From the NCBI GenBank assembly GCA_964601085.1, contig CAZRLN010000004.1:13614-77613 (forward strand): DNA of 64,000 bases. Direction: 5' to 3'. Position 1 is the stretch's first letter; each line of letters begins with the position of its first letter. Origin of the DNA: an uncultured Veillonellaceae bacterium. GTDB lineage: Bacteria; Bacillota; Negativicutes; UBA1444. Under the pieces are notes generated by a model. It saw nothing but the letters and a program-made list of their open reading frames with translations, was not told the DNA's origin and ran no database searches. Shown here one piece after another: positions 1-10,322 of this stretch. Position numbers and translations under genes: made by a program.

Positions 1-1361
1 TTTGGGTGAAATCGCCGGCGGAAGATGCTCACGTCGATCAACTGGCTTCCACGCAGGTCATGCAGGAAAACTATTGGCAACGAACCCGTGGCCAAGCCCG
101 GACCGCTCTGGAAGACGCCATGCTGCTGTTGGAAGCGTATGGCTTGCAGCCAGAAATGGGCCATAAAGAAGTTGGCGGCGTCAAGGCGAAAATCGGTGAA
201 GCCGGAACACTCGACCACGTCATGGAACAGATGGAAATCGACTGGCGGTTTGCTCCGGCCGTGCAGGCGGTCGACAATGAGCTGCTGGCCCGGATTTTGG
301 TGAAAGAAGCATTTCGTCTTAATGGTCTCGAAGTTTCGTTCCAGGCCAAACCGATCATCGGCGTGGCTGGCAACGGTGAGCATACCCACACCGGCATTGC
401 AGCGAAACTGAAATCCGGGAAAATCGTCAATCTGTTTGCGCCAAAGGATATGAAGAAAGACTTCATGAGCGCGGTCGGTTATGGCGCCATCATGGGACTG
501 CTCAAGAACTATGAAGTGGTCAATCCGTTCGTCACATCGACCAACGATGCGTTCAACCGTCTGAAACCCGGATTTGAAGCGCCGGTTTGCATCGTGACTT
601 CGCTCGGTCACAGCCCGGAAGTCCCGTCCCGGAATCGGACCATTTTGGCTGGGCTGGTGCGCGATATCGATAACCCAATGGCCACCCGTTTCGAAATCCG
701 CGCGTTCAATCCCTTCAGCAACTCCTATGTCGGCGTGGCCGCCGCTTATTTGGCGATGCTGGATGGCATCAAGGCGATCGTCGGTTCCGGGAAAACGACG
801 GCGGAAATTCTTGCTGAACTTTCCAAAGAGCCCGATGCCGCCGGATTTTATCTGGAAAAGGGTCGCGCCTATCGCAGCGAGCATGACGTTTTCGACGATT
901 ATACCCCGGAACAGCGCGACAAGATGTTCGGCAAACCGCCGGCTACGGTCTGGGAAAACATGGATGCCTTGAAGAAGTATCCGGAGAAACTGAAAGTCTT
1001 GAAAGCGGGCAATGTACTGCGGCAGGACCTGATCGACGCTTTCGTCAACGGGGCTTTGCTCCGCTGGAAAATCGAGATTACTGGACGAATCATTCCGCAG
1101 TATCTGGATACCATTCGGAAAATCACCTGTCTCCACTGCGAAGCCAATCCCGTCGATGACGCCGCTTGGGCCAAGATCAACGAACTGCGGTTATGTCTGG
1201 CGAAAGACGGCGCGGAAAAATCCCTGTTCACAAAAGTTCGGGAAGCTTTGGCCGGCGGTAAATACAGTGAAGCTTCCGCCATGCAGCAAGAAATGGCCGC
1301 AAAAATGGGCGAACTGGAAGCGGCTTACGAACTCTACAAACGAAATATTCTGGATATTTGA
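1..1361 (+). CDS. glutamine synthetase family protein, catalytic domain (type III-like); 5' end lies outside the window
   Basis: ORF is open to the left edge. The translation carries GS catalytic-domain signatures (GHKEVGG, KPIIGVAGNGEHTH, NRLKPGFEAP, SRNRT, TRFEIRAFNP). Confidence 0.7.
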   Translation, partial: WVKSPAEDAHVDQLASTQVMQENYWQRTRGQARTALEDAMLLLEAYGLQPEMGHKEVGGVKAKIGEAGTLDHVMEQMEIDWRFAPAVQAVDNELLARILVKEAFRLNGLEVSFQAKPIIGVAGNGEHTHTGIAAKLKSGKIVNLFAPKDMKKDFMSAVGYGAIMGLLKNYEVVNPFVTSTNDAFNRLKPGFEAPVCIVTSLGHSPEVPSRNRTILAGLVRDIDNPMATRFEIRAFNPFSNSYVGVAAAYLAMLDGIKAIVGSGKTTAEILAELSKEPDAAGFYLEKGRAYRSEHDVFDDYTPEQRDKMFGKPPATVWENMDALKKYPEKLKVLKAGNVLRQDLIDAFVNGALLRWKIEITGRIIPQYLDTIRKITCLHCEANPVDDAAWAKINELRLCLAKDGAEKSLFTKVREALAGGKYSEASAMQQEMAAKMGELEAAYELYKRNILDI

Positions 1362-1394
1362 TCCTTTTCTTCCCCCCTATTCTCCTGTCAGCGC

Positions 1395-1425
1395 AAAAAC
1401 GGCCTATAAGGCCGTTTTTGTGTTT
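1395..1425 (+). terminator. rho-independent terminator
   Basis: AAAAACGGCC / GGCCGTTTTT 10-bp stem with a 5-nt loop and T-rich 3' side, shortly after the stop at 1361. Confidence 0.7.
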
Positions 1426-1619
1426 CTGTCACAGACTGCCCCAAAAGGCTCATCTGCTGCGTCACGACTCCGGTTGCTTGCTTGCGTACGGGAAGTACGC
1501 GACGCAGCGCAATCCTCGTCGTTTCTTGCAGCTGAACCTTTTTGAACAGTCTGCGTGGTATTTGAGAGGGGAGGCCATCGTGGCAGGATTTCCGGACTGC
1601 CGGGAAGAAGAGTATAAGC

Positions 1620-3344
1620 ATGATAATACGGGAGTTCTTAATACGGCATTGGCCGTTCTATTTATTGGGCATTACACTGCTGATCGTTACGGATTTATTG
1701 TCGTTGCTGATTCCGCGCACCATTGGTCAGGCCATCGACACGATTGGCGGCGGCAACGGCAATGTCACGGACGCCCTGTGGTTTCTTGCGGCTGTCGCCG
1801 CAGCCATGGCGGTGCTCCGCTTTTTTTATCGGGAATGCATTATGGGAACGACAAGGCGGCTCGAATATTTTTTGCGGAACAAATTATTTCGACATGCTCT
1901 CTATTTGCCGATGAGTGTTTATGATGAAGCAGGGCCTGGCAAAGTAATGGCGCTGGCGGTGAATGACGTTACTTCCGTCCGGGTTGCGGTAGGACTGGGG
2001 ATCATGTTGCTGGTCGATGCGGGGGTCATGGGTTTGGTTTCGTTCGCCGTGATGTTTCGGAGTATTGATCCGGCGTTGACTCTCTGGGCGGTAGCGCCGC
2101 TGCCTCTGGTGTTCTTTGCCGCCGCCTTGCTGGGGAAGACCGTGCATGAACGGTTTCGACGGGTGCAGGAACGGTTCAGCGCGCTGACGGAATTTACCCA
2201 GGAACTGTTCGGCGGGGCGAAAGTCGTGAAGGCTTTCGGGGCGGAGGAAACGCTGACCGGCCGGTTTATCGACGTGAACCGGGACAATATGACAGCTAAT
2301 TTGGCACTGGCCAGAATACAGGCGGTCTATATCCCGATCACCCATGTGGCGCCGCTGGCCTGCTACGCGGTGGCGCTGGGACTGGGCGGACGACTGATTA
2401 TTGATGGCCGGATCAGCGTGGGCGATTTGGCGGCCTTCACCGGCTATCTTGGCCTGATCATCTGGCCGGTGATGGGATTGGGCTATTTGATCAACATCGT
2501 ACAGCGAGGAAAAGCCTCATGGCTACGAATTCGTGACTTTTTAGCCATTCCGCCGTATGAAAACAGGAATCAAACCGGAGAGACCGATAAGCCATCGGAA
2601 GTGGGCGGCGAACTCGAACTGCGGGATCTGACCTTTCAATATCCTCTGGCGGCTGCTCCCAGTCTGCAGGGCGTTTCGGTGCGGATTCCCGCTGGCGCGA
2701 CGGTCGGCATCGTCGGCCGGACCGGCTCCGGCAAGACTACGCTCCTTCGACTGTTGCTGCGCCTGTATCCGGTTCCGGACGGTAAGATTTTCTTGGGCGG
2801 AGTGGAGATCAACCAACTTGACTACACCCGGCTGCGTTCAGCGATTGGCTATGTGCCGCAGGATGCTGCGCTGTTTTCGGCCACGATTGCCGAAAACATC
2901 ACGTTTGGGCAGCCGTACGAAAGGCGGGAGGTGATGGAAGCCGCCCAGACAGCCGTAGTGCGGGAGGATATCGATTCCCGGGCGGAAGGGTTTGGTTCGG
3001 TTTTGGGCGAAAAAGGAACCCGCCTTTCCGGCGGGCAGCGTCAACGGGTCGCGGTGGCCCGGGCCTTGATCCGGCGACCGTCCCTGCTGTTGTTGGATGA
3101 TGTGTTTTCGGCGCTGGATTACCGGACTCAGACCGAGTTGATCGAGAACCTTCGTGAAGTCGAATCGGGTCGGACGACGCTGATCGTGTCGCAACGAGTG
3201 GCGGCGGTGAAACATGCCCGGTTTATCCTGGTCATGGATGGCGGACGGATTGCGGAAACGGGAACGCATGACGAGCTGATTGCCTCCGGCGGCCTGTATC
3301 ATCGCCTGTATGAGCAGCAACTGGCGGCGGGGGAAGTGTCATGA
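1620..3344 (+). CDS. ABC exporter, fused permease/ATP-binding subunit (multidrug/lipid exporter type), partner 1
   Basis: N-terminal multi-TM domain plus Walker A GRTGSGKTT, signature LSGGQRQR and Walker B LLLLDD. Confidence 0.9.
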   Translation: MIIREFLIRHWPFYLLGITLLIVTDLLSLLIPRTIGQAIDTIGGGNGNVTDALWFLAAVAAAMAVLRFFYRECIMGTTRRLEYFLRNKLFRHALYLPMSVYDEAGPGKVMALAVNDVTSVRVAVGLGIMLLVDAGVMGLVSFAVMFRSIDPALTLWAVAPLPLVFFAAALLGKTVHERFRRVQERFSALTEFTQELFGGAKVVKAFGAEETLTGRFIDVNRDNMTANLALARIQAVYIPITHVAPLACYAVALGLGGRLIIDGRISVGDLAAFTGYLGLIIWPVMGLGYLINIVQRGKASWLRIRDFLAIPPYENRNQTGETDKPSEVGGELELRDLTFQYPLAAAPSLQGVSVRIPAGATVGIVGRTGSGKTTLLRLLLRLYPVPDGKIFLGGVEINQLDYTRLRSAIGYVPQDAALFSATIAENITFGQPYERREVMEAAQTAVVREDIDSRAEGFGSVLGEKGTRLSGGQRQRVAVARALIRRPSLLLLDDVFSALDYRTQTELIENLREVESGRTTLIVSQRVAAVKHARFILVMDGGRIAETGTHDELIASGGLYHRLYEQQLAAGEVS

Positions 3345-5116
3345 GCCTGTATTACCGGGGACGGGAGTATGAAGGTGAGCAGGGTGGGAAAAGCCGGCTG
3401 GCCGATCAACAGTTGTTAGGTTCGTTGTGGAAATTGGCGAGGCCGGTGCGCCCGCTGCTGGCCGGCGCGTTTTTGCTGATGCTGTTGGGGACGGCGGCGG
3501 ATCTCGTACGCCCCTACATGATGAAAATGGCCATCGATACTTATGTCACGGCGAAAGATCTGCCCGGGTTGGAGACGTTATTCGCGGTTTATATGGCGAC
3601 GATTGGGCTCAGCCTGGTTCTGGCTTTTGGCGAGAATCTTTTCTTGCAAAAAGCGGGACAGCAAGTAATTTTTGCGGTGCGGGAAAAAGTGTTCCGCCAT
3701 ATTCTTGGGCAGCCGGTCGAAAACTTGGAGGCGCAGCCGGTCGGCCGCCTGGTGACCCGTGTGACGAATGATACCGACGCGGTCAAAGACTTGTACACCG
3801 AAGTGATCGTGGCGTTCGCGAGCGATGCGGTCATGCTGGCGGGAATTATCGCCGCGATGTTGGCGATCCATTGGCAACTGGCCCTGCTTTCCTTTGCCAT
3901 CTTACCGTTGATGGCGCTGCTGGCCGCCGCCTATCAGCGTTTCGCCCGCCGGGCGTACCGGGCCGTTCGCGAAAAAACCGCCGCCGTGAACTCCTATATT
4001 CAGGAACGGCTCAACGGCATTGGCGTGATCAAGGCATTTGGCGTGTTCGATGTCACGGAACGGGGATTCCAACGGGTAAATGACGAGTATCTGCAGGCAG
4101 GATTGACGGAGATGCGGACGTTTGCCGCCTTCCGACCGTTGGTGGATCTCATGTATGTGTTGGCGGTGATTTTGGTGTTGCATTTTAGCGACGTCGAGTC
4201 CCGGGCCGCTGGAATCGAGATCGGCACCGTCATCGCTTTTCTTCGATATATGGAGAAATTTTTCTGGCCGATCAAGGATTTGGCGGAAAAGTACAGTTTG
4301 TTGCAGTCGGCGTTGGCGGCGGCGGAGCGGATTCAACCGATGCTGACGGAACCGGCCGAATTCGACTCCGGTATTGCTCCAGCTCATCGTTGCGCCCCGG
4401 CCCGCATCGATTTTGACGATGTCTGGTTCGCGTATGAAGAAAATGCCTGGGTACTGTCCGGGGTGACTTTTACTGTGCCGGCCGGAGCGTTTTATGGTAT
4501 CGCTGGCCTGTCCGGCTCCGGCAAGACAACGCTTTTGAGTTTGCTGCTTCGGTTTTATGAGCCGCAGAAAGGCCGGATACTGCTTGACGGGACCGATATC
4601 CGGGAGATTTCGCCAGCGGTGTTGCGTCACCGATTAAGTATCGTTTTTCAGGATGTCCATATCTTCAAAGGTACCGTGGCGGAAAACATTTCCCTGTACG
4701 ATCCCAAAATCACTCGCGACCGGGTCCGGGCGGCGGCGGAGCTGGCCAACCTGGCGCCGTTCATCGAAAAAATGCCGCAAGGCTATGATACACAGGCGGG
4801 CTATCTCGGTTCGACCCTGTCGGCGGGGCAGCGGCAGTTATTGTCGTTCGCCCGGGCCTTGGCCACACCGGCCGACGTACTGGTTCTCGACGAAGCGACT
4901 TCCAGCATCGACAGCTACACGGAAGCCCTGGTCCAGACTGCGCTGGAAAAAGCGGCGGCCCAACGGACGATGCTGGTGGTGGCGCACCGGTTGTCCACCA
5001 TCGTGAACGCCGACCGGATCCTGCTCATGCATCAGGGCCGAGTCGTGGAACAAGGAACTCATACCGAACTGATGGCGATCGGCGGGCAGTATGCCCGGTT
5101 GTATGAATGTCAGTAA
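3341..5116 (+). CDS. ABC exporter, fused permease/ATP-binding subunit, partner 2 (heterodimer with upstream gene)
   Basis: Walker A GLSGSGKTT, signature LSAGQRQL, Walker B VLVLDEATS. The start overlaps the upstream stop (ATGA). Confidence 0.9.
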   Translation: MSLYYRGREYEGEQGGKSRLADQQLLGSLWKLARPVRPLLAGAFLLMLLGTAADLVRPYMMKMAIDTYVTAKDLPGLETLFAVYMATIGLSLVLAFGENLFLQKAGQQVIFAVREKVFRHILGQPVENLEAQPVGRLVTRVTNDTDAVKDLYTEVIVAFASDAVMLAGIIAAMLAIHWQLALLSFAILPLMALLAAAYQRFARRAYRAVREKTAAVNSYIQERLNGIGVIKAFGVFDVTERGFQRVNDEYLQAGLTEMRTFAAFRPLVDLMYVLAVILVLHFSDVESRAAGIEIGTVIAFLRYMEKFFWPIKDLAEKYSLLQSALAAAERIQPMLTEPAEFDSGIAPAHRCAPARIDFDDVWFAYEENAWVLSGVTFTVPAGAFYGIAGLSGSGKTTLLSLLLRFYEPQKGRILLDGTDIREISPAVLRHRLSIVFQDVHIFKGTVAENISLYDPKITRDRVRAAAELANLAPFIEKMPQGYDTQAGYLGSTLSAGQRQLLSFARALATPADVLVLDEATSSIDSYTEALVQTALEKAAAQRTMLVVAHRLSTIVNADRILLMHQGRVVEQGTHTELMAIGGQYARLYECQ

Positions 5117-5200
5117 GATTTTGGTTGTGCGGCAGGAAGTTGGCCGGTTAATCTTGAATTAATTCTAATAACTCATCCTACTTCAGTCTGAGGGGGTTGA

Positions 5201-5347
5201 ATGATGGGGACGATTTCCAGAAACAAGGGAAAACGCTTGCACAACCGGAATGAAATCAACCGATTAAACCAGAAGGCGCTGTACATCGGCGGTGTAGCGG
5301 CGGGAGGAATTCTCGCATTGATTGTATTTTCGTTTCTGACATCGTAA
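5201..5347 (+). CDS. small hypothetical membrane protein (48 aa)
   Basis: ATG preceded by GAGGGGG at 5190-5196. Basic N-terminus followed by one hydrophobic helix (IGGVAAGGILALIVFSFL). Not in the ORF track because it is under 60 aa. Confidence 0.4.
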   Translation: MMGTISRNKGKRLHNRNEINRLNQKALYIGGVAAGGILALIVFSFLTS

Positions 5348-5385
5348 ATACCGGGCAGCCGGAGAGCTGCGAAAGGAGAGGGCGA

Positions 5386-6612
5386 ATGGACAGGGATTGG
5401 GTATTGCACGTGCTGGACACAATATCGGGATTCAGCCGCGGTGAAATTGGCATCACCCGTCTGGCGTTGTCGGAGGACGAATTGAAAGCCCGTGGCTATG
5501 TCACCGGCTTGATGCAGGAACTGGGCATGAAAATCCGGGTGGATGGCATCGGCAATATCATCGGACGACTGGAAGGGACTGACCCGGCGGCGGCGCCGGT
5601 CATCGCCGGTTCGCATCTGGATTCGGTGCCGGAAGGCGGCCGTTATGACGGCGTGCTGGGTGTCGTGGGAGGATTGGCGGCCATTCGACGGATCAAGGCG
5701 GAAGGAAAAACGAAGCATCCGTTGGAACTGATTATCTTTACCGCTGAAGAGTCCAGTCGGTTTGGGTACGCTACCATGGGCAGCAAGGCCATGGCCGGAG
5801 TGGCGGATGTTAAAGGTTGGACGAAGGCCAAAGACCCGCAGGGAGTATCTTTTCCCGAAGCGTTGGTTGCAGCGGGGTTGCCGGCGGATCAAATCGCCGC
5901 GGCATCCCGGGTGGGGGAACCGATTCACGCGTTCGTCGAACTGCATATCGAACAGGGACCGATTCTGGAAGACGAAGAACTGTCGATTGGCGTCGTGGAA
6001 GCGATTGCAGCGCCTACCCGCTTGAAGATCCGGGTAGAAGGGACGCCGGGGCATTCCGGTACCACGCCGATGGATACTCGGGAAGATGCGTTGGTTACGG
6101 CGGCGCAGATCGTGCTGGCCGTTCGCGAAGTGACGTTGGCTCGTTACGGAGAAGGAACGGTGGGAACGGTCGGCAATCTAAAGGTGCATCCAGGAGTGAT
6201 GAATGTGATTCCCGGCCTGGCCGAACTTTGGGTCGACATTCGCGGCGTTGACCACGACAGCATCGTGGAGGTTCTTCAGGAGATCAAGGACGAAATCAGC
6301 ATTATTGCGGAAGCGGAAGGAACGACAGTTTCAATCGAAGTGCTGACGTCCGACAAACCGGTGAAGCTTCATCCGCTGGTGATTGGCATGGTGGAGAACG
6401 CCTGCCGTGATCTGAAGGTTTCCTATAAACGGATGAACAGTGGAGCCGGGCATGATGCCATGCACATGGCGGCCCTGGGGCCGACGGGAATGATCTTCAT
6501 TCCCTGTGCGAGAGGCATCAGTCATAATCCGGAGGAAGCGGCGGCGCCGGCGGATATTATGACCGGCATCGATGTGCTGACGAGAACATTGAAGGCGTTG
6601 GCCGAAGGATAG
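5386..6612 (+). CDS. M20-family Zn-dependent amidohydrolase (allantoate / N-carbamoyl-amino-acid amidohydrolase type)
   Basis: 408 aa with family-typical stretches GSHLDSVPEGGRYDGVLGV, IFTAEESSRFG, GAGHDAMHMA. Confidence 0.8.
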   Translation: MDRDWVLHVLDTISGFSRGEIGITRLALSEDELKARGYVTGLMQELGMKIRVDGIGNIIGRLEGTDPAAAPVIAGSHLDSVPEGGRYDGVLGVVGGLAAIRRIKAEGKTKHPLELIIFTAEESSRFGYATMGSKAMAGVADVKGWTKAKDPQGVSFPEALVAAGLPADQIAAASRVGEPIHAFVELHIEQGPILEDEELSIGVVEAIAAPTRLKIRVEGTPGHSGTTPMDTREDALVTAAQIVLAVREVTLARYGEGTVGTVGNLKVHPGVMNVIPGLAELWVDIRGVDHDSIVEVLQEIKDEISIIAEAEGTTVSIEVLTSDKPVKLHPLVIGMVENACRDLKVSYKRMNSGAGHDAMHMAALGPTGMIFIPCARGISHNPEEAAAPADIMTGIDVLTRTLKALAEG

Positions 6613-6625
6613 GGGAGTTTACGGA

Positions 6626-7045
6626 TTGTTGCAGCAATATCTGAGAAAAATCTATAGCCAGAATTCGTTTGTAAACCTGCTGGAAATGAAATTGATTCAT
6701 GTCGAACCAGGAAATGCGATATTATCCATGCCGATCGATCCGGCAAAACATACAAATCTTTACAATGTCGCGCACGGCGGGGCACTTGCCTCCCTGGCCG
6801 ATACCGCGATGGGTGTGGCGTGCGCCTCACTGGGGCGACGGGTGGTGACGCTTGAATTGAACATGAATTTTATCAAAGCACCGGATTCCGGAACGGTAAT
6901 TCGCGCTTGCGGCCGGGTGTTGCACAATGGCGGTCATACGCTGGTGGTCGAATGTGATGTTCTGGGTGAAAAAGAGGTGCTTCTGGGCAAAGCTCGCGGC
7001 ACATTCTATGTAGTTGGCAAGTTTGATATGGAAGCAGACCAATAA
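6626..7045 (+). CDS. PaaI-family hotdog-fold thioesterase
   Basis: 139 aa with motif NLYNVAHGGALASLADTAMG. TTG start 9 nt after AGGGGAG. Confidence 0.8.
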   Translation: MLQQYLRKIYSQNSFVNLLEMKLIHVEPGNAILSMPIDPAKHTNLYNVAHGGALASLADTAMGVACASLGRRVVTLELNMNFIKAPDSGTVIRACGRVLHNGGHTLVVECDVLGEKEVLLGKARGTFYVVGKFDMEADQ

Positions 7046-7087
7046 AAAATATAATAGACAAAAAGAGGAAATCGCAAGCCCCCATCG

Positions 7088-7120
7088 AATTGTTAGTATA
7101 AATCGAACAATCTAACAATT
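7088..7120. promoter_or_regulatory. 9-bp inverted repeat (AATTGTTAG ... CTAACAATT) flanking a TATAAA box upstream of the TAXI-TRAP genes; candidate operator/promoter
   Basis: Perfect inverted repeat read directly at 7088-7096 and 7112-7120, with the AT-rich -10-like hexamer between the arms. Confidence 0.4.
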
Positions 7121-7153
7121 TGAGGGGGTTTGTGCGTGTAAAGAAAACACTGG

Positions 7154-8134
7154 TTGGTTGCAATGGTAGTCCTGGTTGCTCTGTCTATGGCGGTCTTCGG
7201 CTGCGGCGGCGGGGGCGGCGACAAAAAAGCGGCGCCGGCGAAAATTCAGAACATCAATATCGCTACCGCCACGACCGGTGGGGTTTACTACCCGCTTGGC
7301 AACGCCATGGCGCAGCTTTTCAATCAGAAGATCCCCGGTATCAAAGCCTCGGCGGGCGCCACGGCCGGTACTCCGCAGAATGTGCTGCTGATGCAGAAAA
7401 AAGAAGCGGAAGTCGCCTTTGCTCAGAACGGCGTTGCCTATTACGCCTTCAACGGCAGAGAAATGTTTAAGGATAAGCCGACTAAATTTTTGCGCGGGAT
7501 TACGAATTTGTATCCGAATGTCATGCATATCGTGGTTGCGGCGAATTCCAACGTAAAGTCGATCAAGGATTTCGAAGGGAAAAAGTTCGTGCCCGGCGCC
7601 ATTGGCAGTGCGACCGAAATCAACTCCAAAGAAATTCTTGGCTTGTATGGGCTGGATTACAAAGATAAGAAAAATGTGAAAGGCGAATATCTCGGTTATT
7701 CCGAGGCGGCGGAAGCATTGAAGGATGGTCGGGTGGACGGAATCCTGATCGCCGGTGGTCTGCCGACATCGGCTGTATTGGATGCCGCGTCGTCGCTGAA
7801 GATTCGCATTTTGTCCCTGGAACCGGACATGATCGCCAAATTGAAACAGACCATGCCCTGGTATTATGAAATCACGATTCCCAAAGGAACCTACATGGGT
7901 CAGACGGAAGACGTGCATACCGTGGCCGTCGCAAATATCTTGATTTGCCGTGACGATTTAAGCACCGATTTAGTATACAATATGACGAAAACATTGCATG
8001 AAAGCCAGAAAGATCTGGTTGCGGCTCATAATGCAGCCAAGGCCATGAAGCTTGAGACTGCACTCAAAGGCATGACGGTGCCACTCCATCCCGGTGCTGA
8101 AAAATATTACAAGGAGAAGGGAATTGTAAAATAA
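7154..8134 (+). CDS. TAXI-family TRAP transporter solute-binding lipoprotein
   Basis: TATTGGVYYPLGNAMAQ pattern typical of TAXI receptors, and lipobox AVFGC followed by a Gly-rich linker. The start is uncertain (see the frameshift finding). Confidence 0.85.
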   Translation: MVAMVVLVALSMAVFGCGGGGGDKKAAPAKIQNINIATATTGGVYYPLGNAMAQLFNQKIPGIKASAGATAGTPQNVLLMQKKEAEVAFAQNGVAYYAFNGREMFKDKPTKFLRGITNLYPNVMHIVVAANSNVKSIKDFEGKKFVPGAIGSATEINSKEILGLYGLDYKDKKNVKGEYLGYSEAAEALKDGRVDGILIAGGLPTSAVLDAASSLKIRILSLEPDMIAKLKQTMPWYYEITIPKGTYMGQTEDVHTVAVANILICRDDLSTDLVYNMTKTLHESQKDLVAAHNAAKAMKLETALKGMTVPLHPGAEKYYKEKGIVK

Positions 8135-8153
8135 CCTCGGTTGTCTGTTGGTA

Positions 8154-8183
8154 TCGCAGATGGGCGCTTGCGCCCGTCTGCGA
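8154..8183 (+). terminator. intercistronic stem-loop (attenuator/mRNA stabiliser) between binding-protein and permease genes
   Basis: 13-bp stem TCGCAGATGGGCG / CGCCCGTCTGCGA (one G-U pair) followed by ATATTTGT. Confidence 0.5.
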
Positions 8184-8225
8184 TATTTGTATGGTGAAAT
8201 ACGCAACAAGAGGGGAGATTTTGTT

Positions 8226-10187
8226 TTGGCTACGGAAGAAAACAAACCGATTGACAAGTCCGCCATTGATGCGTTTATCAACGAGGAATCCGCCGAGAAT
8301 GTGGATGAAGTCGTTCGCAAATACGAAGCGGAGTCCCGGTTTCGCAAGTTTTCCGGCAATATTGGCAAACTGGTCGCCTTCATCTGTATCGCCATGTCCC
8401 TGTTTCACCTGTATACCGCCGGGTTTGGCGTGTTGGAAGCCATCAAGCAACGCAATATTCATTTAACATTTTGTCTGGTGTTATCATTTTTGATGTATCC
8501 GTCCGGGCCCAAGGGCGGCGCCAACCGGATCACCTGGTGGGATTGGATACTGGTTGGGTTGTCGGTTGCCGTTGGTTCCTACTTGATGATTATCTATGAT
8601 GCTCTTGCCAATCGCGGCGGGGTAACCGAGCCGATGGATATTTATATGGGAGGGGTTTTATGCCTGTTGGTGCTGGAGGCGGCGCGGCGGGCGACTGGAA
8701 AGGAATTGCCGATCATGGCGCTGTGCTTTGTCGCGTATGCATTGTTCGGCGACATGATTCCCGGGCAGTTTGGTCATCGGGGATATAGCCTGGAACGACT
8801 GATCGACCATATGTTTCTGACTACCGAAGGGATTTATGGTGTGGCGTTGGGTGTTTCCGCTACCTATATCTTCCTGTTCATTTTATTTGGCGCATTTCTG
8901 ACCGAAACCGGCATGGCTAAGTTTTTCAATTCCCTGTCGATGGCCGTTGCCGGCGGATCGCCGGGAGGCCCGGCCAAGGTGGCGGTCTTTGCCAGCGGGC
9001 TGCTGGGGATGATCAACGGCAGCGCGGTCGCCAATGTGGCCACGATTGGCGCCTTCACGATTCCTCTGATGAAAAGCATCGGTTATCGGCCCCATTTTGC
9101 CGGCGCAGTGGAAGCTGTCGCCTCGACGGGCGGACAGATCATGCCGCCGGTTATGGGAGCGGCGGCGTTTGTCATGGCGGAATTTCTGGGGATGTCCTAT
9201 ACGACGATCATGATTGCGGCGGTAGTCCCGGCGGTCCTGTATTATCTGGCCTGCTGGACGATGATTCATCTGGAAGCGCTGAAACTCGGTTTGGAAGGGC
9301 TTCCTAAGGAACAGTTGCCGAATGCCGGGAAAGTATTGAAAAAGCAGGGGCATCTGTCGATTCCCATCATCGGAATTGTCGCGTTGCTGTTGTATGGCTT
9401 GACGCCGCTGTATGCCGCATTCTTCACCATCATCATGACCATCATCGTCAGCTATATGCGAAAAGACACGGCGATCAGCTTTGCTGGTTTTGTTCGGGCG
9501 TTGGAGAACGGCGCCAAAGGCTCGGTCGGTGTGGCGATGGCCTGCGCCGTAGTCGGGTTTGTGGTGGGAGTGAGCTCGCTTACCAGCTTAGGGTTGACTT
9601 TTGGCGCGAATATCCTGGCGTTTTCCCAGAATAACATGATTATTACATTGGTATTGACGATGATCACCATGTTGATTCTGGGCATGGGCTTACCGACAAC
9701 GGCCTGCTATATCGTCGGGGCTACGATTGCCGCTCCGGCATTGATCAAACTGGGGGTTTTGCCCTTGGTTGCCCACTTCTTCGTGTTCTATTTCGCCTGT
9801 CTGTCCAACCTGACGCCGCCAGTTTGTCTGGCCGCCTTTACCGCCGCGGGGATCGCTGGCGCGAGTCCTTACAAAGTGGGTTGGACTTCGACTCGGTTGG
9901 GTGTTGCCGGATTTTTAGTGCCATTTCTGGCCGTATACTCTCCGATGCTGATGTTTGCCGGTAAATTTTCGCCGATTGAATTGACCGAGGCCATCATTAC
10001 CGCAGTTGTTGGTGTTGTGGCGTTGAGCGCGGCCCTTGAAAACTGGCTGTTTCGGGCGTGCAAATTCTGGGAAAGGGCATTGCTGTTTGTTGGCGCCTTG
10101 ATGCTGATGATCCCCGGCTTGATGACCGATATCGCTGGCGGGATTGCCGTGGCGATCGTCTACTTCGCTCAAAAGCGCAATCAATAG
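8226..10187 (+). CDS. TAXI-TRAP transporter fused permease
   Basis: Large polytopic membrane protein directly downstream of the TAXI receptor. The ORF opens at 8148, but that part lies in the hairpin. AGGGGAG at 8211-8217 precedes TTG 8226. Confidence 0.8.
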   Translation: MATEENKPIDKSAIDAFINEESAENVDEVVRKYEAESRFRKFSGNIGKLVAFICIAMSLFHLYTAGFGVLEAIKQRNIHLTFCLVLSFLMYPSGPKGGANRITWWDWILVGLSVAVGSYLMIIYDALANRGGVTEPMDIYMGGVLCLLVLEAARRATGKELPIMALCFVAYALFGDMIPGQFGHRGYSLERLIDHMFLTTEGIYGVALGVSATYIFLFILFGAFLTETGMAKFFNSLSMAVAGGSPGGPAKVAVFASGLLGMINGSAVANVATIGAFTIPLMKSIGYRPHFAGAVEAVASTGGQIMPPVMGAAAFVMAEFLGMSYTTIMIAAVVPAVLYYLACWTMIHLEALKLGLEGLPKEQLPNAGKVLKKQGHLSIPIIGIVALLLYGLTPLYAAFFTIIMTIIVSYMRKDTAISFAGFVRALENGAKGSVGVAMACAVVGFVVGVSSLTSLGLTFGANILAFSQNNMIITLVLTMITMLILGMGLPTTACYIVGATIAAPALIKLGVLPLVAHFFVFYFACLSNLTPPVCLAAFTAAGIAGASPYKVGWTSTRLGVAGFLVPFLAVYSPMLMFAGKFSPIELTEAIITAVVGVVALSAALENWLFRACKFWERALLFVGALMLMIPGLMTDIAGGIAVAIVYFAQKRNQ

Positions 10188-10232
10188 GGCGTTTCTGTGA
10201 AAAACTTAACTTGAAAAAGCTGATTTGCGGGC

Positions 10233-10261
10233 TTAACAAAAATTGCCGAATAAGGTATACT
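10233..10261 (+). promoter_or_regulatory. sigma-70-like promoter for the acyl-CoA dehydrogenase gene
   Basis: TTAACA, 17 nt spacer, TATACT. Confidence 0.45.
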
Positions 10262-10322
10262 TATGCCTAAGGGTCTATTTTTACCCCGATTACATTATCT
10301 GACGATATCGAGGAGGACACGC

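Noticed and set aside
10225-10238. TTGCGGGCTTAACA overlapping the -35 of the host acyl-CoA dehydrogenase promoter. It resembles the phage operator TTGCGGGCTTGCAA, raising the idea that the prophage repressor controls a host gene.
   Set aside because: The right half-site (AACA instead of GCAA) breaks the palindrome. A 10-nt match is expected by chance roughly once in ten windows of this size.
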